64,000 bases of DNA, from positions 5,408,001 to 5,472,000 of the forward strand of contig JASGJH010000001.1 in the NCBI GenBank assembly GCA_047601445.1, written 5' to 3'. Made by a program: the position numbers and the translations under genes. Under the pieces are notes generated by a model. It saw nothing but the letters and a program-made list of their open reading frames with translations. It searched no databases and was not told the DNA's origin. This document shows, piece by piece, positions 41,301-48,888 of the stretch; the first letter of the stretch is position 1; every line of letters starts with the position of its first letter. The stretch is from Myxococcales bacterium (GTDB taxonomy: Bacteria; Myxococcota_A; Polyangia; Polyangiales; DASUME01).

Positions 41301-42867
41301 CCTGGCCGCTCGCGCGAATCGAGCTGCGCAAGACCACGCCGTCAAGCATGGCTTGCACGCTCAAGCTCGGGATCTCGAGCTTCGGCGTGGTCAGGCGATC
41401 GACGCTGACTGCCACCTGTGCCTGCGGCGAGCCAACGCTGCCGGTGACGTTCAACTCGGCTACCACACGGTTGGCGCGCAGCGATTCGCCGAGCTTGGGC
41501 CCACCCACCACGAACTTGGCGTGCGTGCTCAAGTGGCCGTGTCGCGAGCGCGCGAACTGGAGTTCTCCGGTCAGTGCCCCTTGAAACGGTTGCCCGAGTA
41601 GCGTGCTCACGGCACCCAGAGAGATCGCTCTGGCCTTCAGGCTGGCGTAGGCCGCGCCGCTGTGCCTGTCATAGGTACCACTGCCCGTCAGCGAGCCACC
41701 GAGGTCGTTTAGCTCGAGCTGCTCCACATGCAGCGTCCTGCCGCGCAGATGGGCCTGCACGCGACCCGAGGGCAACACGCTGGCGCCCACGCTCCAGCGA
41801 TTCCAGCGCGCGTTCAGATGCTGTGCTCGGGCGCCGAACTGGTAGTCGGCGTGGATCTCTCCGCGCACGGCTTGAGCCGGGAGCTCACTCACCAGGGCCC
41901 CTAGAGATGCCGCCGAGAGGTCGAGCGAGCCGCTGATATGACGCGCTCGATAGTTCGCGCGCGCGCGCAGCACCGTCCCGCCACCGCGCAGACGGAGGTC
42001 GCCATGAATGGTCTCGTCTTTTCGGCGCAGCGATAGTCGCAGGTCGACACGGGCTTGGAGTCGTCGCCCCTCTGCCAGGCCCAGGCGCTGCAGCACGCGT
42101 CGATCGACCCCGCGCATCTCGAGGTGCACGCCATCGAGGGCCACGGGCTCCCAGCTGGCGTCCCAGGCAGCAAAACGCACCGACAGCTCGAAGGGAGCGT
42201 CCACCGCCGTACCCTGCAGTCGCAGTCCTCCGCCGCTCGCCGCGCGATAGCCTCCCTCGAGGTGCCCACGCAGCTGCTCGACGGTTCCTGCGAGCAGGCT
42301 CAGCTCGGCGCGCTGCACGAAGATATCGGGACCCTCCACGTACTTGAAGGCTCCCGTGAGTTGCGCGATGCGCGCCACGCGATCCTGCGTCCACACGCTG
42401 TCCACGCTCGAGCGCAGCAGCTCGACGTGCTCGAGCGTCACGCGCCAGTCGCTCTCCTCGTCGTCGGACTCTGCCCCGCCTTGCGCCGCGGTCGACGCAG
42501 ACTTCACCACGTGCCCGAATCTGACTTTGGCCCCCTCCAGCTTGGCCCACGAGAAGCGCACGTCTTGCTTCAGGAGCGCCCACGGTCGAAACGACACGCG
42601 TGTGCGCTCCACGGTGGCCGTCAAGCCGATCCAGGGGATGCTGACGTGGGAGTTGATCAGCTCGGCGCCCCAGGGGTCGAGCCTTTCCACCCGCTCGAAT
42701 CGAAGATCCACCTCCGCTTCGTCGTGCAGCACTTTGACCCCGTATGCGGCCAAGCGATCGCGCAGCGTAGGCACCTGGGTCGCCACCACCAACGCCGCCA
42801 CCACCAGCAGCACCAGGCCCACCACCAGGCCCACCGCGAACTTCGCCATGCGTCGCACCCAGCGCAT
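38389..42867 (-). CDS. tamB: Translocation and assembly module TamB (AsmA-like, C-terminal DUF490)
   Basis: 1492 aa; N-terminal TM anchor; Gly-rich beta-taenia composition; C-terminal LLGKSFNIQRGTVRF...PQLDLRA...VSGRASSPAL; coupled to an Omp85 gene. Confidence 0.85.
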   Translation of the reverse strand: MRWVRRMAKFAVGLVVGLVLLVVAALVVATQVPTLRDRLAAYGVKVLHDEAEVDLRFERVERLDPWGAELINSHVSIPWIGLTATVERTRVSFRPWALLKQDVRFSWAKLEGAKVRFGHVVKSASTAAQGGAESDDEESDWRVTLEHVELLRSSVDSVWTQDRVARIAQLTGAFKYVEGPDIFVQRAELSLLAGTVEQLRGHLEGGYRAASGGGLRLQGTAVDAPFELSVRFAAWDASWEPVALDGVHLEMRGVDRRVLQRLGLAEGRRLQARVDLRLSLRRKDETIHGDLRLRGGGTVLRARANYRARHISGSLDLSAASLGALVSELPAQAVRGEIHADYQFGARAQHLNARWNRWSVGASVLPSGRVQAHLRGRTLHVEQLELNDLGGSLTGSGTYDRHSGAAYASLKARAISLGAVSTLLGQPFQGALTGELQFARSRHGHLSTHAKFVVGGPKLGESLRANRVVAELNVTGSVGSPQAQVAVSVDRLTTPKLEIPSLSVQAMLDGVVLRSSIRASGQDVEAHGVVHGTLSPWFSAKTFTTSLSAEFAGSVHGRSLSLLVPDIRYAAGAFAVRGLSLRSGRARLDANGLLGAHGELAFRLDTSDFALELLSPLLPGLAGALDGRAVISGDLEHPNVSLWLTAHHVQAADAPPLRGTLALDVNSGSRQASAQLSLRGGKGLVVDATAEYDWPAEPAALKDALLAGHGRLYVTANGPLSDLPPPMLPVAGALGDASVQASLNVEGNPLQPSGFLTVSLRDQTFGRPQVHAEALLTGNGATLELHATDFSHPEPQLEGRLDLALPVEGLAALQGLPPSVHMDLHWRIDALDALQGMLGKLVQASGLALPMQTAGAVTFVRENGSNKGSLQMTADARSSAFDTDCGAELQTSLIAQADLDDMRLRGSLSASTSRGGDAFFNLVLPSAWIWDWPDEPGSAQATLDGSAENLPLYAMPGLCNLNSGQAGFELAAVLPAGGPPDVDLNLRVEGLTTASSKPISGSATLRNDAHHAELALKIVTGGKERGSLQATLPLRFRGVRPGISLNSPLDMHLRVANLMVAPLLEFTSAVGRGGGTFSGDVRVTGSVRQPVPHGYLVFDDVAFTVASLAQPVRGIHGRVDFAGDTLTLTDVSARDRNGRLYLEGKAKLLPGGRAEAKLKLRAENVPVRRQGQIMGSATLGADLAAHLDQQSKLSVEAFVRSATFQFSGSTGKAVQELEPHPDVRMSDAPEQALSVERKQGESGFALQTLEIRSKQDLWLKHRDFRVQLGLDLALQNIKGKDVLVGEATIVQGNLKLLGKSFNIQRGTVRFLEDSDEPQLDLRASYEPPGGQSPLFVEVSGRASSPALNFSGAASDAEQAFAILSGMGAAEAAVTAQADANAFGLGLTAGLLSMTARERLGAWVPTVSVGSNSRGEASQARAGFDATSMIPPFLRGVARGAYVEGVVGNTQNGGPGGNVGLGVRFEIALPRSTMVTFGYGPGTMWSADVAWLP

Positions 42868-44987
42868 CAGAACGGCTCACCGATCGTGATGTGCACCGCA
42901 CCCTCGAAGTGCTTACCGAACACGTTGGTGGTGTCGTCCGAACCGGCCGCACCGCCCACGCGCTGCATGCGCGGCGGACGCCAGCCCACGTCGAAGCGCA
43001 GGGGACCTACCAGCGTGCGGTAGCGCAGGCCTCCTCCGACCGCCGTGTTGAGGTGCGAGAAGCGGAAGCTCGGTTGTTGGTGGACATCCCCCATGTCCGT
43101 GAACAACGCGACGGAGAAGCTGTGTGTGATGGGTACGCGCAGCTCGAGCGAGCTCTCCCAGCGCCGAATGCCGCCCGAAATGCCATCCCCGAGCAAGCCG
43201 GGCGCGAAGCCGCGGTTGCTCTGGGCGCCACCGCCGCGCAGACGATAGTTCTGCGGTCCCACGTCCTGGGATTCGTTGTCGAGCTTGGAGCCGGCCTTGA
43301 AGATGTGGATCCAGCCCACGGCGAAGCGGCCCGCCAACACCATGCCGAGACCGAGCGGCACGTAGGCGCGCGCATCGGGCGTCAGTCGCAGGTAATTCCA
43401 CGAGCGCGCGCTGACCTTGAAGGCCTCGTGGGCGCCGATGGCGAAGTAGGCACCGTAGTTGGGATTGGCGGCGTCGTCGCGTAGGTCGAGCACGGCGCGC
43501 TGCTCCACGTAGGGCAACTCGTAGCTCGAGGGCGCGCTGGTCACGATGGGCTGGCGTTTGCCGACTGCCATGTACTCCTGGTGCAGCGCGAGCACGGTCA
43601 TCAGGCGTTGCTTGAAGAAGCCGCGCTCGAGGCCCACCGAAGTGCCGAAGGAATTGCGGAAGAAGAGCAAGAAGGGATCGGGCCCGTTGTCCCAGAAGCT
43701 CGCCACGTGCAGGGTGGTGCGGGCCTCGGGCACGCCCGGCTGAGAGAAGTCCACGCGCAGCAGGTTGCCGAAGCGCGGGCTGTCCGGAGGCACACCGGGG
43801 AACTCGGAGAGGAAGATCAAGCGCGGGCGCTCCTCGATCCGCAGCCGTCGTAGTCCGCCGAAGAAATTGCGATTCTCGTAGCTCCCGATCAGGTGCAGGT
43901 CCCACTGCGGCACGCTCACCCACTCGGGCGCGATCCAGCCGGTGGAGAGCACACCGTTCATCATGCCTCCGCCCAACATCCACTGGCTTCCGCGCCGCGG
44001 CTCGACCTCGATCACGATGTCGATGTCATCACCTGGCTTGTCGAGATCGCCGCGCACGGTCACCGCGGAGAAGGCACTCAGGCCGTAGACCGAGCGCTGA
44101 GCGTCCTCGAGCGCGTCCTCGTCGTAGAGGCTGCCCGTCTTGAGGCGTGAAGCGGCCAGAATCGGCGCGTGCGGGATGTCGGCCCGGGTCTGGACCCGCA
44201 CCTTCCCGATGCGACACACATTGCCCGGGGTTACGTGCAGGGCCACGTCGGCCGCGTGGGCGTCGCGCTCGATCACCACTTCACCGCGCACGCTCGCGCG
44301 CGCGTAGCCCGCATCGCCCAAGATCTTGGTCACGCGCCCCTTGGCCTGGTCCCACAGTGCCTCGTCGAAGATCTGGCCCTTCTCGAGTTCCAAGGACTTG
44401 CGCACGCGCTTGCGCATCCTGTGCGGCACCGAATCGAGCCCCTCCCAGCGCAGCGCGCGGATCCGCACCGGCTCGTTCTCTTCGATGGTCACCGTGATCT
44501 GCGCCGGACAACCTCGACCTCCGCAGTCGGCCACTTCGGACTGCTCCACCCCCGCCGGCTCGTAGGACACGCCCGCGATGCGCATGTCGTAATAGCCGCG
44601 CGCCTGGTACCAACGCTCGATGCGCTGCAGGTCGAGCTTGAACACCGCCTCGTCGTAGGTGGGCCACGACGTCCATGGCCACGAGTACAGCCCCTTGGAG
44701 AGGCGCACACGGTCGAAGGGTGGCACGCCGCAGTCGGGCTCACGCACCGCCGTGAAGCCCAGCGTCACGCGCTTGCGCTGCTCCGTCACCAGGCAAGCGC
44801 GCAGCGCGCCCGGGTCGAGCTCCTCGACGCCGTGCAAGTTCAGACGCGCAACACCGTAGGTCTTCGGTGGAATCTTCGCGCAGCCCAGGCACAGGAGGAG
44901 AACGGCTAGCCATACGCGCGCGCAGCGTTCTCGCACTGAAGTCCACTCCCGCGGCACAGGCCGAATGCGGGAGGAGGAGCAACGCAC
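42867..44987 (-). CDS. tamA: Omp85 family TamA/BamA-like outer membrane protein, probably a lipoprotein
   Basis: POTRA segments (WYQARGYY, LGDAGYARA), GGAQSNRGF, SLELRVP, GLRYRTLVGPLRFDVG, terminal HITIGEPF; LCLGC lipobox. Real start probably near GTG 44936. Confidence 0.88.
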   Translation of the reverse strand: MRCSSSRIRPVPREWTSVRERCARVWLAVLLLCLGCAKIPPKTYGVARLNLHGVEELDPGALRACLVTEQRKRVTLGFTAVREPDCGVPPFDRVRLSKGLYSWPWTSWPTYDEAVFKLDLQRIERWYQARGYYDMRIAGVSYEPAGVEQSEVADCGGRGCPAQITVTIEENEPVRIRALRWEGLDSVPHRMRKRVRKSLELEKGQIFDEALWDQAKGRVTKILGDAGYARASVRGEVVIERDAHAADVALHVTPGNVCRIGKVRVQTRADIPHAPILAASRLKTGSLYDEDALEDAQRSVYGLSAFSAVTVRGDLDKPGDDIDIVIEVEPRRGSQWMLGGGMMNGVLSTGWIAPEWVSVPQWDLHLIGSYENRNFFGGLRRLRIEERPRLIFLSEFPGVPPDSPRFGNLLRVDFSQPGVPEARTTLHVASFWDNGPDPFLLFFRNSFGTSVGLERGFFKQRLMTVLALHQEYMAVGKRQPIVTSAPSSYELPYVEQRAVLDLRDDAANPNYGAYFAIGAHEAFKVSARSWNYLRLTPDARAYVPLGLGMVLAGRFAVGWIHIFKAGSKLDNESQDVGPQNYRLRGGGAQSNRGFAPGLLGDGISGGIRRWESSLELRVPITHSFSVALFTDMGDVHQQPSFRFSHLNTAVGGGLRYRTLVGPLRFDVGWRPPRMQRVGGAAGSDDTTNVFGKHFEGAVHITIGEPF

Positions 44988-45097
44988 ATGCCAGCACGCA
45001 GCAGCCCACGAGCCAGCGACGCCAAGCTAGGACGGCAACACCCGAGTGGAGGCATGTGCGGGTTGCTTACGTCGATGTTGCGCGGGACGGTTAGTCG

Positions 45098-45964
45098 GTG
45101 GGGTGGAGAACGAAATACCGCGCGCGCTGGCCGCTGGTCGCGCTGTGTGTCGCCGTAGCTCCCGCCTGCTCGAAGATCGACAAGCCGCCGCCACCCGATA
45201 TGACCTCGCTGATCGAGTCCTATCGAGAACCTACGGGCGTCCTCAACGACGAGACCATCGGGCCTGCCTATGAGTCGCTGAACGCGACGTTCGGCTTCCT
45301 CAAGCCGATCTGCGGTTGGGACGACGACGTGCTCACCGAGGCCTGCCAGGCCGGCGGCAAGTGTTTCCTGTGCGACGGTCTGGACCCGATGAGCCAGGCG
45401 TTTACCTCGGTCTCGGAAAGCGACGAGGGCGCGCGCGAGCTCTCGAGCAAGATCTCGGGCATCGAAGGCTACATGAAGATGACCCGCATCTGTCCGGGCT
45501 TCGGGGCCGAGCCCACCCTGAACAAGGCCAACGGTGTCATCGACCTCACGATCGGCTTCACCAGCCGCGGCATCGACCCCGTGTTCGGCGGCACCATGAA
45601 CGAGTGCCAGGTCCTGATCAACGACGTACCGACGACCATGGACGGCGATATCTCGATCGCCTACGAGCGCAGCTTCTTCCTGGATGAGCTCGATGAGCTC
45701 GAGCCCATCGTCCGTTTTCGCGGCACCATCTCGAACTCGGGCGGCAGCGACGACTTCGACGCCAACTTGCAGTTCTCACCCGTGGAGGGCGCCAACTTCG
45801 CCGTGGTGTTCGACGTGCCCGACGAGGGTTCGTACAAGTTCGTCAACGGCGTGAGCGGTACCGGTATCGAGGCCGCCAACGGACGCTTTAGCTGCGTCTT
45901 CACGGGCCCCGAAGCGCAACCCATGATCTGCACGAACGTCGCCACCGGTGAGGTCGTGCAATGA
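45098..45964 (+). CDS. Hypothetical lipoprotein
   Basis: Signal with VAPAC lipobox; strong GC3 codon bias; several Cys. Confidence 0.75.
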   Translation: MGWRTKYRARWPLVALCVAVAPACSKIDKPPPPDMTSLIESYREPTGVLNDETIGPAYESLNATFGFLKPICGWDDDVLTEACQAGGKCFLCDGLDPMSQAFTSVSESDEGARELSSKISGIEGYMKMTRICPGFGAEPTLNKANGVIDLTIGFTSRGIDPVFGGTMNECQVLINDVPTTMDGDISIAYERSFFLDELDELEPIVRFRGTISNSGGSDDFDANLQFSPVEGANFAVVFDVPDEGSYKFVNGVSGTGIEAANGRFSCVFTGPEAQPMICTNVATGEVVQ

Positions 45965-46788
45965 CGCTCCGCATTTGGGGCCTGCTCGTCGCCCTCCTGA
46001 TACTGGGCGAGAGCTCACAGGCCTCGGCCTACCATAGCGACCGCAAGCGCGTGGTGCAGAGCACGGCCTACTTGCTGAACAAGGGCGAGAAGATCGTGGG
46101 GCCGTTCCGCGTCGACTACGGCATCCTGGACAAGCTCCAGGTGGGAACCTACGTGGTTCCCTGGGCCTTCGTCATTCCGAATATTCAGTTCAAGATGCTG
46201 GTCTTCCAGAACGAGCATTGGGTCGTCTCGCTACGTCCCGGTCTCTTCTACGCGGACCTGGCCATTCCTCACAACCTCTACGGAATCGGGCCCGACAGCA
46301 CCGACCTCAAGCTCTGGCTCGTCCCCATCGAAGGCTACGTTTCACTGAACTTGCCGCGGCGGCTCACGCTCACGCTGGGCGGCGTGTACACCGCTGTCGC
46401 GGGACACGGCCACTACGATCCCGATGACTTCGACGGCACCGCAGCCGCCTCCAACGCCCAAGTCGGACTCGGGCTCGAGTGGCGTGTTAACCGCATCACC
46501 GCGCTCTATTTGGCGGGTCGCTACATCGCCTATCAAAACGCCAACGGCGTGGGTTCGGTCACGGTCGACGTCGACGACGCGACCACCGCCGACGTCACCG
46601 CCAAGGGAACCGCCAATGGCGCCGACGCGAGCAACGGCTATTCGGTGCAGGTGAGCGCCCTCTTTTCGTGGCGATATTTCAACCTGCGACTCGGCGTCGG
46701 CTACGGCAACTACAACGCACCAGGCCTGAACCTCGTGGTGCCGAAGCGTCTTCCGTTTCCTGTCTTCGATATCTTCTGGCGCTTCTGA
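45961..46788 (+). CDS. Hypothetical outer-membrane beta-barrel protein
   Basis: Signal peptide (ASA|Y), alternating beta strands (VGLGLEWRV, NLRLGVGYG), terminal DIFWRF; ATGA overlap with the upstream gene. Confidence 0.7.
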   Translation: MTLRIWGLLVALLILGESSQASAYHSDRKRVVQSTAYLLNKGEKIVGPFRVDYGILDKLQVGTYVVPWAFVIPNIQFKMLVFQNEHWVVSLRPGLFYADLAIPHNLYGIGPDSTDLKLWLVPIEGYVSLNLPRRLTLTLGGVYTAVAGHGHYDPDDFDGTAAASNAQVGLGLEWRVNRITALYLAGRYIAYQNANGVGSVTVDVDDATTADVTAKGTANGADASNGYSVQVSALFSWRYFNLRLGVGYGNYNAPGLNLVVPKRLPFPVFDIFWRF

Positions 46789-46899
46789 AGGGTGGCTGGC
46801 TGGGGCGCGGAGGAAGGCCACGGCGAGGCCTTGCGCCTCGTACCAAACTGAGAGTCCCACAACTAGATCCGCCAGGAAGCCTGCGATAAATTCGTGCGC

Positions 46900-47973
46900 A
46901 TGTCGTCCACCGCTGCGGAAGCGGTATCGTTCGCTGCCTATCGCGACTTCGTTCACTGGCAGTTGAAGCGCTTCGGTGCGTCGTCAGGTGCCCTCGATGA
47001 TCTCACGCAGGAAGTTTGGGTGGTCTCGCTCACGCGCAGCCCACGCCTGCTCGACGACACGGCCACGCGCGCCTGGCTGACCCAGGTGTGCCGTCGGGTG
47101 GTGGCGAGCGATTGGCGCTCACGGGCGCGCTCGCCGCTCTTGTACGGCCCGGCGCCGGAGATTCGGGTCGCACCCGAGCAAGTCGAGCGCATCGACGACG
47201 ACCAGCACGAACGGCAACGTCAGCTCGCGCTCGCGCGCCTGAGCGACGCCGAGATCGATCTGCTCACGCTCTACGGAGGCGGACAGCTCAGCATGCGCGA
47301 GGTGGCCGAGCTCGTGGGCGCACCCGAGCAGACGGTGTACTCCCAGTATCGCGCGGCGGTGGAGCGAGCCTCACGGGAGCTGCGCCGTCAAAGTCATGCG
47401 CAAGCCGATGCGTCCGCCGAGCTGAGTCTGGACGTTCCCGATGCGAAGGACCTCTGGGATAGCGACGAGGCCGCCGCCGACCAGGGCGAGTTCGTGTTCT
47501 ATCGCCGTGACGAGGAGCTCGGGCTGGGACGCCTCGGCAACGTGGTGCTGTGTCGCTGGCGGCGCCGCGCCTACGTGGAGAGCACGCGTGCACTCGAGGC
47601 CGCCATCCGCCTCGCCCATGCTCGCATGCAGCTCCCGGTGCTCCTGGTGAACGACCTCGACGCGGACATGCGTCTACCGAACGTCGACGAGCGCAAGGCT
47701 CTGCGCGAGCACATCCGCACCACCTCCGAGCTCGTGCCGCTGGTCGTCGACGTGATTGCCAACGCCACCCTGCGTCACATGATCAGCGCGGTCATCGGAG
47801 GCATCATGGTGTTCACGCGCTCGCCCACGTCCTTGGTCCTCGTCGGTACGGCCGAAGCGGCGAGCCAAGCGCTGGTCGGCCGAGCCCGCACCTCCCAGCG
47901 CGCGCTGGGGGTCGACGAGTTGGCTGGCGCGCTCGCGGCGCTGCACGATGCGGCCCCTCCGGCGCGGCCCTGA
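46900..47973 (+). CDS. ECF-type sigma-70 factor with a ~190-aa C-terminal extension
   Basis: Region 2: LKRFG...LDDLTQEVW...RAWLTQVCRRV. Region 4: LARLSDAEIDLLTL...LSMREVAELVGAPEQTVYSQ. Confidence 0.8.
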   Translation: MSSTAAEAVSFAAYRDFVHWQLKRFGASSGALDDLTQEVWVVSLTRSPRLLDDTATRAWLTQVCRRVVASDWRSRARSPLLYGPAPEIRVAPEQVERIDDDQHERQRQLALARLSDAEIDLLTLYGGGQLSMREVAELVGAPEQTVYSQYRAAVERASRELRRQSHAQADASAELSLDVPDAKDLWDSDEAAADQGEFVFYRRDEELGLGRLGNVVLCRWRRRAYVESTRALEAAIRLAHARMQLPVLLVNDLDADMRLPNVDERKALREHIRTTSELVPLVVDVIANATLRHMISAVIGGIMVFTRSPTSLVLVGTAEAASQALVGRARTSQRALGVDELAGALAALHDAAPPARP

Positions 47974-48276
47974 GCGCCTGCTGGGTCCTGTGTCAGGGCC
48001 GCCGAGAGCCTCTCTATGGAGAGGGGAAGGCCGGCCCGCATCTGGTTAGACCGGTGGCCGGTGGGGCAGCCGACCTCTGGGGTCTCCTCGGGACCCGCTT
48101 GTGTGGCCTGCCGCACATCTCATGAAAATGCGATTTTTCTCGATCGAAACGCTCATAAATCCCGAAGGCCGCTCCCCACCATAAAGACACAAGCGACGAC
48201 GAACTTAGCTTCGCTGACTTGCTTAGAACGAGCTTCCCTTCCTGCTTCCTCTCCCTTAGCCAACAGGAGTTTGACC

Positions 48277-48468
48277 ATGAACGAGAACATGCTGGTTTCC
48301 CTCGACGACGCGGCTCTTGACGAAGTGAACGGCGGCCTCTCGCTGAGCCTTGGCGTGAACGACACCACCGTCGTCGGCGCGAGCGTGGATCTCAAGGATG
48401 GCATCGGCGCCAGCCTCACCCTGCTTGGCAAGAAGATCGGTTTCAAGCTCGGCATCAGCTTCGGTTGA
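48277..48468 (+). CDS. Double-glycine leader peptide precursor, copy 1 (63 aa)
   Basis: AGGAG RBS; MNENMLVSLDDAALDEVNGG|LSLSLGVNDTTVVGASVDLKDGIGASLTLLGKKIGFKLGISFG. Confidence 0.85.
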   Translation: MNENMLVSLDDAALDEVNGGLSLSLGVNDTTVVGASVDLKDGIGASLTLLGKKIGFKLGISFG

Positions 48469-48535
48469 TCGGCTCGGGTACTCGCTTCCCTGTCGTACTT
48501 TCCTGGTGCTTCCTCAACTTACTGGAGAATTGATC

Positions 48536-48727
48536 ATGAACGAAAACATGCTGGTTTCCCTTGACGACGCGGCTCTTGACGAAGTGAACGGCGGCCTCTC
48601 GCTGAGCCTCGGCGTGAACGACACCACCGTCGTCGGCGCGAGCTTGGACCTCAAGGACGGCATCGGCGCCAGCCTCACCCTGCTTGGCAAGAAGATCGGT
48701 TTCAAGCTCGGCATCAGCTTCGGTTGA
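48536..48727 (+). CDS. Double-glycine leader peptide precursor, copy 2 (63 aa)
   Basis: GGAG RBS; protein identical to copy 1 except one V->L; other differences are synonymous. Confidence 0.85.
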   Translation: MNENMLVSLDDAALDEVNGGLSLSLGVNDTTVVGASLDLKDGIGASLTLLGKKIGFKLGISFG

Positions 48728-48745
48728 TCTCCTAGACTCCTGTCG

Positions 48746-48784
48746 GCAAAGACGCCGGGCCCCAAGGGCTCGGCGTTTTGCTTT
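48746..48784 (+). terminator. Intrinsic terminator after the peptide genes
   Basis: GCAAAGACGCCGGGCCC-CAA-GGGCTCGGCGTTTTGCTTT: GC-rich hairpin with a T-rich tail. Confidence 0.75.
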
Positions 48785-48888
48785 AAGCCGCCCAGGAACT
48801 GCTTCTAGAGCCGGCGCGAGAGAGAGATTCTCCTCACAGCCATGGCCAACCATGCGAGGCTAGCTACCGGTCTCGAACGGGGGTTGGG

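Noticed and set aside
48016..48727. Longer ORF-track versions of the peptide genes (150 and 109 aa)
   Set aside because: Similarity between the copies starts at MNENM, each with an RBS; the extensions are not conserved.
48277..48727. Lanthipeptide, thiopeptide or other modified RiPP cluster
   Set aside because: The core has no Cys and no LanM/YcaO/radical-SAM gene is nearby. Modification in trans cannot be excluded.
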